Shown here one piece after another: positions 34,706 through 46,305 of a stretch of DNA of 64,000 nt. The stretch comes from Azolla caroliniana (lineage: Eukaryota; Plantae; Polypodiophyta). The DNA is taken from NCBI GenBank assembly GCA_043228905.1, contig JBHGNT010000004.1, positions 14,384,001-14,448,000 on the forward strand. The letters run 5' to 3'. The notes beneath the pieces are model-generated. The model ran no database searches and had not been told where the DNA came from. It saw only the letters and a program-made list of their open reading frames with translations. The position numbers and the translations under genes are program-made. The stretch's first letter is position 1. Each line of letters begins with the position of its first letter.

Positions 34706-37700
34706 TGTCTAGACCAAACGACGACCACATCACCGAACGAGGGAGACGATACACCGAACGCGAGCAACGACGGGAAGCCCTGCAGCAAGCCGTCGACGAG
34801 ATCTGGCGGGATCGGTCATTCTCCAAAACTCTTCGGAGAGTCGCAGAAGAAGCACTGCAGTTCCGGGTTCTTCAAATCCCCGACGAAGGCAGTAGCATAA
34901 CAAGCCTGCAAGAGGTGGAAACGATACTACAGACGCTCGCCGGGGGCGACGGGGACTCGGAAGCATTCGCAACACTTGAGGCGGAGTCGGAAAGCGACGG
35001 AAGCGTATAAAAGCAGCCACGACACACCAAATGACCGGGAGGAAGAAGGGTCGGAAGACTCAGTAACACCGGAGCCAGAGGAAGAAATAACCCTGGAATT
35101 CGGTGACCGGCAATCGCCGAGGGAGGCTGACCGGATACCGACAACAACCGCGAAGGAACCAAAGGAGCGGATACCGACAACACCCGCGAAGGAACCGAAG
35201 GAGCGGATACCGACAACACCCACGGAGGAACCAAAGGACCGGACACCGGCAACACCCGCGGAGAAACCAAAGGTTCTCACACCAACGCCAACAGCGGACA
35301 GAGAGCGGAGGAAGCAGGAGAGTCAGTTGGACGACACGATGCCGTACCCATACCCAAAGTACCGGGATGAGGCCGACGCGGAGGCACACGTGTACGCATT
35401 CCTCCAAACATGGGAAGCCAACCATGTCTCCCAAAGACTGACGGAGCCCGAAGCCGAACGATCCAAAGTCGCCGAATTCGGCATAACCTTAGAAGGACCG
35501 ACGGCCCGATGGCACGCAAAGCACTTACCGGGCAGCTTTGCCACTTTCGATGCCTTGAAGGCCAGATTCCTCAGGCTTTTTCACAGACAATTTGAGCAAA
35601 GGGAATTGGTCGGGCAGTTCTACACCACCCGGCAGGAAGAGAACGAGACTGTGCCACAATTCATCATTCGGTTTCAGACCCTGCACAGCCAACTGACAAG
35701 AGCACCACCCGAAGACGAAGCCAAAGCAGTCTTTTTGGCCGCGCTGAAAGAGCCACTTCGAACAATGTGCGGAGTCCTTGATTTCCAAACCAGCACAATG
35801 GACCAAGTTATTGATCGGGTTTTAGAAATGGACAAGACTAGCCCCTTCTTGTCGATGGGGATGTTACACCGGGCACTCCCGAAGGAGGAAGACCTGAGGT
35901 TCCGACAGGCCTTACAATGTACAACATGCCTAAATTCAGGGCACTCAATAGTAGACTGCACCCTGCGGACACAATGTATGATCTGCAACTCTCGAGCCCA
36001 TACAACGGACCGATGCGAATATAACCTGTTAAATCGGCAGGCAGCACCGGTTCGACACATAGAACCGCGCAATCAGAACCCGAACGAGGATCGATTCCGG
36101 AGAGACGACCGCTACCAATGCGAACGTGGTAACAGATACGCTGATAGAAGACGCGATAACTATGACCGAGAGGAGAGACGCAGAGATAGCTACCCCCGGG
36201 ACCGGTACGACCGAGACGAATCCCCGAAATACGAATGACGCAGAGAAGAGAGGCGACAAGGGAACCGAAATTTCCGACGGAATCAAAAGCGTGGATTTTT
36301 CCGAAGAGAGGAACGTCGGGAGGCAGCGAGGAATGACAACCCGGTATCGGTACCGGATAACCGAAAAACCGAAGACGACCGCCGGAGCATACCCACCCTC
36401 CAAACCGGGGACAAAGGAGAAACGAGCAACAGTCACAAGGTGTACTGTTATTACTGCCGTAAGGAAGGCCACTATAGTAACCAATGCCCAAGCAAAACCA
36501 ATGACAAGCAGCCGGAAGTCAACATGGTTACAGCCGAAATAACAGAAGTACAGCAGGTCACAACCCGGTCAAAGGGAAAGACCGCCGAGTGGGAAGCCCA
36601 GGAGGCAATCAGAAAACAAGCGGCACAATGGATCAAGCAGGCCAATGAACAGAATGCGGCCAAAGTAAGAGACCAAAATATGCCAAAAGACGAAGAAATC
36701 ATACAGCCAGGAGAAAACCCGACGTGGCAAGCGCTACAGGACTATCAAATCGTGTTGCCGTTAGCACGACTACTACAGTTGGTGCCACGGTTTACGGCAG
36801 ACTTACAGGCATCCGTGAGCAAACCGAAGCCGACGCCAGCACCGGCATTCTTCTCCAACCCGGAGGAAGGACCAGCGGTGGTCGATACAAGTAGCCCGGC
36901 GATCACGGCAATCGTGAAAGGAAAGGAAATTGCTGGAACGATTATTGACGGAAGCTCCGGGGTAAATGTCATCAGCCGACAGACATGCAACAACCTGGGC
37001 ATCCGGGAATGGGAACCATGCCCCTTCTGGTTACGCATGGCGGATACCAGCTCAGTCCGACCGACCGGGCTTATCCGGGATTTGGAAGTAACGATCGGAG
37101 GCCATGTATTCCAGATATCAGCCGTGGTGCTGCAGCTGAATGTACAAGGCGCGTACCCCCTACTGCTAGGACGACCATGGCTGCGAACGGCGCATATCAA
37201 GCAGAGCTGGCAAAAGAACATGATCACATTCCGGCGAGGGAAAACAAAGGTACGAGTAACGACGCAACCACGGGTGATCACCAGTAAGGAAGCAACTCCA
37301 TTGTATGCGGAAAGCATTAACATGTTGGAGGGATTACCGGACAAGGAAGTCGAGCGGTACCTCGAGGAACACCCACGAATCGTCCCACTATTTGAGGTGG
37401 ATATCACGGCGGCAGTAGAACCGTACATTACGACGCCAGATGAACCGGACCAAGCGGCGATCCGGGAACTGCGACAAGCGCAGGAATCCCTAGAGAGGGA
37501 AATGACGATATCCCAGAGGGTAAAAGCATCCCAACTAGAGGAGGTGGACCTCGGCACAACAGACAAGCCCCGACCGGTAAATGTTGCAAAGGAATTGCCG
37601 AAGGAAGAAAAGAAGGCAATGGTAGCATTATTAACAAACTTCAAGGATGTGTTCGCGTGGTCGTACGAAGACATGCGAGGGTTGGACCCCCAGCTCTATC

Positions 37701-40530
37701 AGCACCAAATTCACCTAAGTACGGACGCGAAACCGATCGCTCAACGCAGGTACCAGATGAATCCGAATTATGCGGCGAAGGTGAAGGAGGAAATTGATAA
37801 GCTCCTCCGGGTCGGATTTATCCGACCGGTCAAGCAGGCAACCTGGCTGAGTCTGATAGTGGTGGTCCCGAAAAAGAACGGCAAAATCCGGGTATGCGTG
37901 GACTACCGAAAACTAAATGCCGTAACAGTGACCGATGCGTTTCCACTACCATTTACGGACGGGGTGTTAGATGCGGTAGCCGGCCACGAAGTTTACAGCT
38001 TCCTGGATGGATTTAGCGGCTACAACCAAATACGAATGAACCCAGCCGACCAGGAGAAGACAGCGTTCGTGACGGAATGGGGAGTGTTCGTCGCGGTCGT
38101 GATGATGTTCGGACTAAAGACGGCTCCAGCGACCTTTCAAAGGATAATAATGGAAATTTTCGGGGAATATATCCCCGGTTTTATGCAGGTCTTCCTTGAC
38201 GATTTCGCGGTCTACAGCCGGCACGGAGAGCATCTCGATCACCTCCGGCTGTGCTTGGAGAAGTGCCGCGAGTACCGATTGAGCCTGAACCCGGCCAAGT
38301 GCGTCTTTGGAGTGGCAAGCGGCAACTTACTAGGGCACGTGGTGAGTAAGGAAGGAATCGCGGTAGATCCGGATAAAGTCAAGGCAATTCTCGAGGCACT
38401 AGCACCAAATAACGCAAAGGCTTTAAGCCGGTTCCTAGGCCAAATAAGGTGGCATAGCCGGATGATACGGCACCTCGCAGACTTCGCTACACCATTACAT
38501 ACCGCCGTACACAGGGTACCCTTCCTATGGGCGGAGACGAAGGAGGAAGCCTACCAAGCGTTGAAGGTTATACTGTCGCAAGCTCCGATGGTGCAACCAC
38601 CGGATTGGAGTAAAAGCTTTCACGTCTTCGTCGACGCGTCGGACGTAGCAATCGGCAGCGTTCTGATGCAACTCACGGAGCCGAAATGGTACCGACCGGT
38701 GTACTACGCAAGCCGGAAACTCTCAAAAGCCGAGCGGAATTACTCTACGACGGAACGCGAGGCATTGGGAATGGTGTATAGTGTCACAAAGTACAGGCAC
38801 TATCTGCTCGGAAGGAAGTTTTCCTTCCATGTCGACCATTCGGCACTACTCTACCTGGTCTCGAAGGCATCCCTGACGGGAAAAATTGCACGATGGACAC
38901 TGCTGTTACAGGAATTTGAATTCGACATTTTCCACCGACCCGGGGCGCAGCATGCGGTAGCAGACTACCTAAGCAGACTCGAATCCGGAGAAGCAGGGGA
39001 CGGCGTCCAGGATGAGTTTCCCAACGCCGAGTTGTTCCGGATCACGACGAAACCGGCAACGGATGCAACGGTAGCCGATGAAGACACGTGGCTAATTGAG
39101 ATGCATCAGTTCCTGAGCACCGGAGTTCCCCCGGAGAACATGGACCGCGATGAAAGGAAGAGGGTAGCAGTAAGAAGCAGACATTTCTGCTTGGTTGGAG
39201 ACACCCTCTATCACAAGGGGGCAGATGGCATCTGGAGACGAGCAGTGCGGAGCGATGAGAAGGATTTAATCCTCAGGGAAGTCCACTGTGGAATTGTCGG
39301 CGGGCATTATGCCGGCGACGCAACCGCTCGGAAAATATGGCAGAGCGGACTGTGGTGGCCCACCACCCTAAAAGATGTCGTGAAGTATAGCAGAGAATGC
39401 GATTTGTGTCAACGACTGGGCCAACCCACAGAGCAGGCCCGGATGCCACACCACCCGGTCTTGCCTTTGGAACCGTTTCAAAAGTGGGGTTTGGACTTTG
39501 TCGGTCCCTTCAAGCCACCGGCAATGCGAACCGGAAATCGGTATGTTATAGTGGCGACCGACTATTGCACCAAATGGCAAAGGCCTTACGGGACAACACG
39601 GCCGCGTCCACGGCAAAGTTCCTGTACGAGTGCATATGGTGCCGGTATGGATGCCCGATTGAGCTTATAAGTGACCAAGGAGGACATTTTCTCGGGCAGG
39701 TAGTAGAAAGCCTGACGTGATTTTACGCGGTGGTACATAAAAAGAGTACTCCCTACTACCCTCAAGCCAATGGACTAGCAAAATCAACGAACAAAACTCT
39801 GCAGAACATCCTACGAAAAATCGTCAACGAGAACCGGACCGACTAGGATACGAAATTGCAAAGCGCGCTATGGGCGTACCGAACAACGTACAAAACCAGC
39901 ATCCGGACAACCCCGTTCCGACTAGCATTCGGTTTAGAAGCGGTCATGCCGGTAGAGTTCCAGATCCCCAGCTTACGGATTCAGGTAAAGGAGCGCTTAA
40001 GTGAGAACGAGTCCGAACGAATCCGGCTGGCGACATTGTTGGAATTAGAAGAAAATCAAATAGCCAGCTTACTACAACTCGAACTGGAGCAAAGGAGGAG
40101 AAAAGCTTTCGTGGACCGACACCGGCGTGGCAACGAAAAGGAGTTCGAAGTCGGGAAACCGGTGCTACTATTCCAGACACGGATGGGGAACATGCCAGGA
40201 AAGTTGCAGTTTCGGTGGACCGGACCGTTCTGGATCACCAAGGAGTACAATGGGTCGTATCAGCTCGGCACGTTGTCTGGAGATGTCATCGGCAAGTGGG
40301 CAAATGGGTTTCGGCTAAAGCCGTATAAGGGAAATATGCCAGCCAACCCGTTCAAGCAAAACCCGGAAATCCGGCAAGATGAGGAACCGACACCGACAGA
40401 CACTGCTGAAGATATTCGGACCGAGGAAGAACCGACACCAATACTGACAAAGACTATCCCGGAAAACCGACAGAAGGATCCGGTATCCACACGAACTGAC
40501 CCGAACAAATCGGGGGGGACTAGCAAATGA
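34706..40530 (+). pseudogene. Element E gag-pol (frameshifts near 35005 and 39580; stops including 36236)
   Basis: Gag capsid region, three CCHC knuckles, IIDGSSGVN protease, FLDD RT, RNase H and integrase; no chromodomain. Confidence 0.93.
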
Positions 40531-40738
40531 CGTGGTCCAAACAAAGAGAAAAAAAAAAGAAGAAGACGTGGGCAAAATCGACGCGAATCATAGTAATGAT
40601 GGGGATATCACAAGAGGTGGGAGCGCCACCATGCAACGAAGAGGCGCCATGCATTAAAGAAGGACGTGCGCGTACTTGCTATTTAAAGCATGGAACGTGG
40701 GCACTCACATGCGGCAAACAAGAAAGGACATACTAATT

Positions 40739-43700
40739 ATGGCGGGAGAGGAACATGCGCGGGAAACGAAAAAGGGCGACTCGAGGCAAAAGCCACTATA
40801 TAAGACACAGGCCTGCGAAGGACTCACTTTTTACGAATTTTCCTATATACAGGCGGAGAAGCACAGAAGAGCGATCCGACGCACAGCGCACACACAGCCC
40901 GATCCCGAACAACAGACAACAGAAGAAGAATTTGAAACAATGGTACTGTCGGAGGAGGCATGCCAATGGATGAGGGAGAACGGGTTAAAAGGATTGATGC
41001 GGATCGTCGACGCTCCACCACACGCAGAACCAGAGCAGGCGGCAGCATCGATCGATTTATCAGAAATCACGGAAGGAGCGGTGTAGGCGCTCACGGGGAT
41101 AAAAGCAGGAGGACTTCAAACAATCGAAAACCCTTCAAGTGAAATCTTGTTCGAATATTTCGGTGAGTACTCTATCAGCAGCAAGGCGTACCGAACACAG
41201 GGCGGAGAGAACCTGCTGTTCGAAGAAGTGGCCCGCGCCATGATGGAATACGGATTCGTGAATCCTCGTCCCTCGGCCATAGCCAGGTACCGGGCAACGT
41301 TCTTAATAGCAGCATACGAAGGATTACAAGTAGGCTGGCTCCATTTCATAACCGAAGGATTGAAGGAGGCCATCAAGAATCTTGTGGAAGGAAAAAAAGC
41401 CATGGGCCGGGATAGCACAATGGCTAACGGTGTTAGTCCCATCGGTGCTCCCCATCACACAAAAGAAAAGAGGTCGGCAGGAGACGACGTCGAAAAAGGT
41501 CACAAAGCACCGACAGATCTTGGAGAAACACACCCCCGGATGGACCCAGCAAGAAGCAGAACAGCGAGGGGAAGGACCATCCCGACAGCAACAGGAACCG
41601 GCAACAAAGGCAAAACCGGCAGGAAAAGGCAAAGGGAAATCGGCCGAGGAGGAACCGGTAGCACGCAAACCAATCAATATAACGCTGCGACGGCCGGAAC
41701 CGGAACCAGAGGTCTTTATACAAAAGGTCCGTCTGGTAGCCGCACCGAAGGAGGAAGCTGAAACAGAGGACTCATCCGAACCACTGGTAAGACTCCCAGC
41801 AAGACAGGGTCGGGAGAGACGGGCGAAAGGACCGGCTCCACCAGTTAACAAAACTCAGCAGAGGGCGCAAGGACCACCTCCAGTAGCCGAGGCGGAAGCA
41901 GTACCGGAACCCGTACCGAGGGAAGCAGCACCGACACCGGTTGTGCCGGACTTCAGAGAACCGGTCATCCCAGAGAAGAAGAATGAACAAGCGCCGGAGC
42001 CAGAGAAAAGGCCGGAAAAACAACCTGAGTTAAGTGAGCAAGGCCACCCCGACACAAGAAGAACAAAGCCACAATGGCTGAGATGGCTTTCGGAGCAGTT
42101 ATCGGGAGTAGCGGACCAGTTAGAGAAAGAAGAAACGTGTAGGCAACAACTGACGCATATAACAACTCAGGAGTTGGTCGCGCTCCAAACACAGATCGAG
42201 GAAATGCAAGGGGAGCTGTTGCAGGCAAGGGAAGGAATTCAACAAGCACAAGTTGTCACCGAGCCGGTCGGGACAACAAGGAAGCAACCAGAACCAGAAC
42301 CAGAACCGGTAGCCTTGCAAACCGGCCCTGAGACCGAAAAAATAATAGAAACCTTACGAGAGGAGTTAAAAGCTCAGGAGGCATTAAGGGAAAGAGAAAG
42401 GGAGCAGCGGAAAGCGGTGGAGGACGACAGACGAAAAATGGAAGAAGGCCTCCGGAAAGGTCGAGCCACTAATGACCGACTGCAAGAAGAAAAAGAGAAG
42501 CTGCAAAAAGAGAAGGACCGACTCCGTCGACATGCCGAGCAGGAGATAGAACGACTGCAGGAAGAACTCCGACAACAGAAGGACCGGGACGATCGGTTAA
42601 GAGCTCAGGCAAACCGACGCCTGAAGCAGAAGACGGAGGACTTCGACCGTCTCTACCGAGATCACAAGCAGGCCGAGTCGGACAACAAGAAACGGGCAGC
42701 AGACTACAACCGGCAAATAGAGAAGTTGAAAGAACAGCTCAAAGAGACCCGATTAGACCTGGCTAAGGCAATAGATGAGGTCAGTGCCAACAAGGAAGCA
42801 TTGTCGGCGGAAATAGCCCAAGCGACGGAGAGAAGGAAGGAATTAGAGGCGCTAAGGCGGGAAAAGCTGGATCTGACCAAGATCAGGAATGAAAAAAAGG
42901 AAAATTTGACCTTCACGATCAGCAAACTGCAAAGTACCTATGAAAAGCAGAAAGCGGATTACGAGGCCCAGGCTCAGATAATGGCCGACATTATAAAACG
43001 GGCAAGGAAGGAAAAGCAAGAAGCTTATGCGCATGCTAAGGCGGGGGTTGACCGGATCAAGCTCATCATGTCAGGTTGGAGTACCCGAGCTCAGGCAAGC
43101 ATCAACGAAAGTACGGAAAAGTTATGGAAGGAGTGGTCACAACAGGCAGCCGAGCTGCAGACACTCCGAGCGGATGTCGAGAATCGGAGGAAGACCGGTG
43201 ACAAGTTCTACAAGATGGATGAAGAAAGTACCGTCGCCATTCGGGAAGAATTGTCGGAGGATTTCTACGCTTTAGCGGAAGAACATCTCAAAGAAATCCG
43301 AGGGTTGGTAGAGAGGTTGGATGACGGGCAGCTCGCAACTCAGTTGGAGTTGGAGAGATACGAGCAGGACCGGTTACGACAGGAAGCTAAGGGAAGAACG
43401 ACGCCAATCACTATAAGTGAGGGAGAGCGACCGGCTGAAGTTGAACCAACCAACACCGAACAACCCCGACGAGGAATACCCGAAGAAGAACTTCCGTTCG
43501 AAGGAGAAGAAGAAGAGCAGGAGCAGACCGATGCCGGAGAAGAAGAAGAGCTGAGACCGGAAGACACCAGAGCAGAGGAAGAAGGCGTACCGAGCCAACC
43601 AGTCGAGACCGGAGAAAGCGACACTGGTAACAGAACAGAGCCTGGAACAGAGGGAGAACAGGAAGAACCCGGACGAAGCGGTGAGGAAGCACCGGCACCA

Positions 43701-43853
43701 CAGAATCAAGCAGAGCCGGAGCAGCAAATTTTTACGGAACAGCCCACCCAACTGGAGGTCGGAGACCAGGCAGGCAAGGAACAGGAACAGGAGGAAGAAG
43801 CACCACTTGAAACCATCGAGCAGAGTGTGCTCGATATTTTGGAGGAAGAATGA
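40739..43853 (+). pseudogene. Element E extra 3' ORF (~1040 aa reconstructed): conserved N-terminal domain, long coiled coil, acidic tail
   Basis: ATG at 40739; one stop (41084); one +1 A-run frameshift (~41395); then open to 43853. Homolog present in F. Confidence 0.8.
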
Positions 43854-43903
43854 GGCCGGGAGTGGATTCGAAGTGCAAGGCACTTTCCCACGGGCGTGCC
43901 ATG

Positions 43904-44268
43904 TGTTGGCCGGTCAGAAGAGCAAGGACAAGTGGGAAGGCGGAGTCGGATCGGATAATAGGAAGTAAATAATAGTAGAATTATTATTCGGAGGGACGGA
44001 TCCGGACCGATTCGGATGTCGGTTGCATAAGCGCACCGATTGTAACCTTGCCGGATGCCTATAAAAGGATCCGATGATTTGTAAAGGGTTTGACGGAAGT
44101 AATACAATAGTAATTATTGCGTGTTTATCTGTATCTTCGTATTGTTTACTGTCTGTGCTTAATTGTAATCATCTTACGCGTGTAACCTAGCATCCAATCC
44201 TTACCACCCCTTTGGAGAAGTGTCGGATAGACACCTGTGTTGAGGCTAGTCCGGCCAAGCAGACAACA
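43904..44268 (+). repeat. Element E 3' LTR
   Basis: Direct repeat of 34288-34652, followed by the TSD. Confidence 0.97.
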
Positions 44269-44510
44269 GTTCGAAGTCGATTAAGAAGTGTTGGAATTAA
44301 AGGCAAGGGGTAACGATTACATACCGTAATTTTGTTGAGAGCCCGATAATCCACACATAGGCATAATGAGTCGTCCTTCTTCTTGACAAATAAGATTGGG
44401 GCTCCAACTAGTGATTTGGAAGGTTGAATGAAGCCCTTGGCAAGGTTTTCATCCAAATATGTGCGAAGGGCCTCAAGTTTGGGTTCAGATATCCCATAGA
44501 TGGGCCCAAA

Positions 44511-45740
44511 TTAGCTCAGTTGGTTACGAAAACCCTAGAATTGCTATCTTGGAAGTTTGTCAAGGAATTTATCAAGACATGTGATGTATGTGCTCGGTCC
44601 AAAACACCTCACCATCGGCCATATGGTCTTCTCCACCCGCTCCCCATTCCACGTCGACCATGGATCTCTCTATCCATGGACTTTATCACCGACCTCCCTC
44701 TGGTTGGTGGACATGACACGATGCTAGTCATTGTTGATCGGTTTTCGAAGATGGCTCACTTTGTTCCATGTTCCAAAACCATTTCCAGGGTAGAGACAAC
44801 TGATCTTTTTCTTAAAAATGTTGTTCGATTACATGGCTTACCCGAGGATATCACTTCTAATCGAGGTTCTCAAATTCATTTCCCACTTTTGGCGATGACT
44901 TCTACAAACATTCGGGACTTCTGTCAACTTGTCCTCAACATACCATCCTCAAACTGATGGACAAACGGAGCGAGTCAACCAAATCCTCGAACAATACCTT
45001 CGGTGTACCGTGAGCTACCAATAGGAGGATTGGGTGAACTTCCTTGCAATGGCAGAATTTGCTTACAATAATAGTATCCATGCTTCGACTAAGGTTTCCC
45101 CCTTCTTTGCAAACTATGGATTTCACCCTCGTTTCAGCATTTCCATACCTGCATCTTCAGTCAATCCTTCAGTAGATACGCGTGCCCGCGCTTTACACGA
45201 TGTCCATCGTGACCTCTCCTTGGAGCTCTGTGTTGCTGGTGACCAATATAAAGATCAAGCGGACCGACATCGCTTAGCTGCACCGACGTTTGCATTGGGG
45301 ACATGGTTTGGCTGTTACGTCGTCACATTGCCACCACACATCCTTATGCAAAATTGGACTACAAAAGACTAGGCCTCTTTCGTATCATCGAGCGGATCAA
45401 CCCAGTCGCCTTCTGGTTAGCACTTCCTCCAACATTCAGGATTCACGATGTTTTTCACGTTTCCCTCCTCAAACTCTACCATCCTTCTCAAATTCCAAGG
45501 TGACACCCTCCTCCACCGCCACCTGTGGAATTGTCGACGGGCGAAGAATATGATGTTGACCAAATCCTCGACTCTCGATATCATCGTCGATAGCTCCAAT
45601 ATTTGGTCTTATGGAAAGGTTACCCCATTTCGGACACCACATGGGAACTAGTTACACATCTACAAAATTCTCCGGAGGCCATTGGCGATTTTCATCAATG
45701 ATACCCACATAAGCCAGCCGCGAGTCCTGGGAGGTGGCCT
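44511..45740 (+). pseudogene. Element H integrase plus chromodomain remnant
   Basis: CDVC...PWISLSMDFITDLP...VDRFSKMAHF; C-terminal EEYDVDQILDSR..LQYLVLWKGYPISDTTWE..HLQN at ~45544-45670. Confidence 0.88.
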
Positions 45741-45754
45741 TAGACGGAAGATAA

Positions 45755-46122
45755 TGTCATAGACACGATGGAATGTAGGGGGTTGAACCCATGACCTCTT
45801 GGTCTTATTGGGCAACCTTACCAATTGAGCTACATTCCATCTATACATTATTGTATTGTATAAGTTTCAACTTATTACATTGTAAGTTAATCACTAGAAC
45901 TTTCAAGAACTTCTAGTGAATGCATAGACATGCACTCTCTAGATGTTTCCTAGCTTACATGCATACCACCACATTCTTGTATAAATACTTCGGTGCACCT
46001 TGATTACAATCAAGGTGAACAACACCAATTATGGAAGCATAATTTAGTTCTCTCTCTTTTGTCTACCCTCTCTCTCTCTTGTTCCCTTGTCTATGCTCCT
46101 CTCTATCTATATATCTATCTTT
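45755..46122 (+). repeat. Element H 3' LTR (3'-truncated); tRNA-like cassette at 45767-45841 (-)
   Basis: Matches 32369-32758; the cassette is identical to the 5' LTR copy. Confidence 0.9.
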
Positions 46123-46194
46123 CCACCCTTATATAATGATGGGAGACTTAGCACATAATAATCCATGCTTTTTCTTCTAATAATAGCGTTCATG

Positions 46195-46305
46195 CATGGC
46201 CTTACTTTAGTTGCATGACGTCTACTTTTAGTTGCATGCGTCCACACATGACCTTACTTTAGTTGCATGCGTCCACACATGACCTTTACTTTAGTTGCAT
46301 GCAAC
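46195..46305. repeat. Short tandem repeats (ACTTTAGTTGCATGCGTCCACACATGACC)
   Basis: Three to four imperfect units are visible. Confidence 0.75.

Larger units (their letters stand above)
34288..44268 (+). mobile_element. Gypsy element E, full-length (~10 kb), tRNA-Arg PBS, with extra 3' ORF
   Basis: 365-bp LTRs at 34288-34652 and 43904-44268; TSD GTTCG (34283-34287 / 44269-44273); PBS TGGCGACCAC at 34659-34668. Confidence 0.97.
32369..46122 (+). mobile_element. Chromovirus H (Tcn1-like inferred) with internal deletion and inversion; hosts element E
   Basis: LTRs at 32369-32817 and 45755-~46122 (truncated). RT/RH on the minus strand (32818-34287, 44269-44510). Integrase and chromodomain on the plus strand (44511-45740). 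PPT at 45742-45754. Confidence 0.88.

Noticed and set aside
36236-36238. Programmed stop-codon readthrough between gag and pol in E (and at 30375 in F)
   Set aside because: The stops are at different positions in E and F and are explained by single C>T changes.
36745-37674. Long antisense ORFs over pol (also 8562-9299)
   Set aside because: Expected shadow ORFs of GC-rich coding sequence; not conserved between related elements.
41382-43853. Retroviral env or captured host myosin/SMC gene
   Set aside because: No signal peptide or transmembrane segment, and no motor or ATPase motifs; coiled-coil similarity alone is uninformative.
44511-44525. tRNA A-box-like TTAGCTCAGTTGGTT
   Set aside because: No B-box downstream; it sits at the inversion breakpoint within eroded integrase coding sequence.
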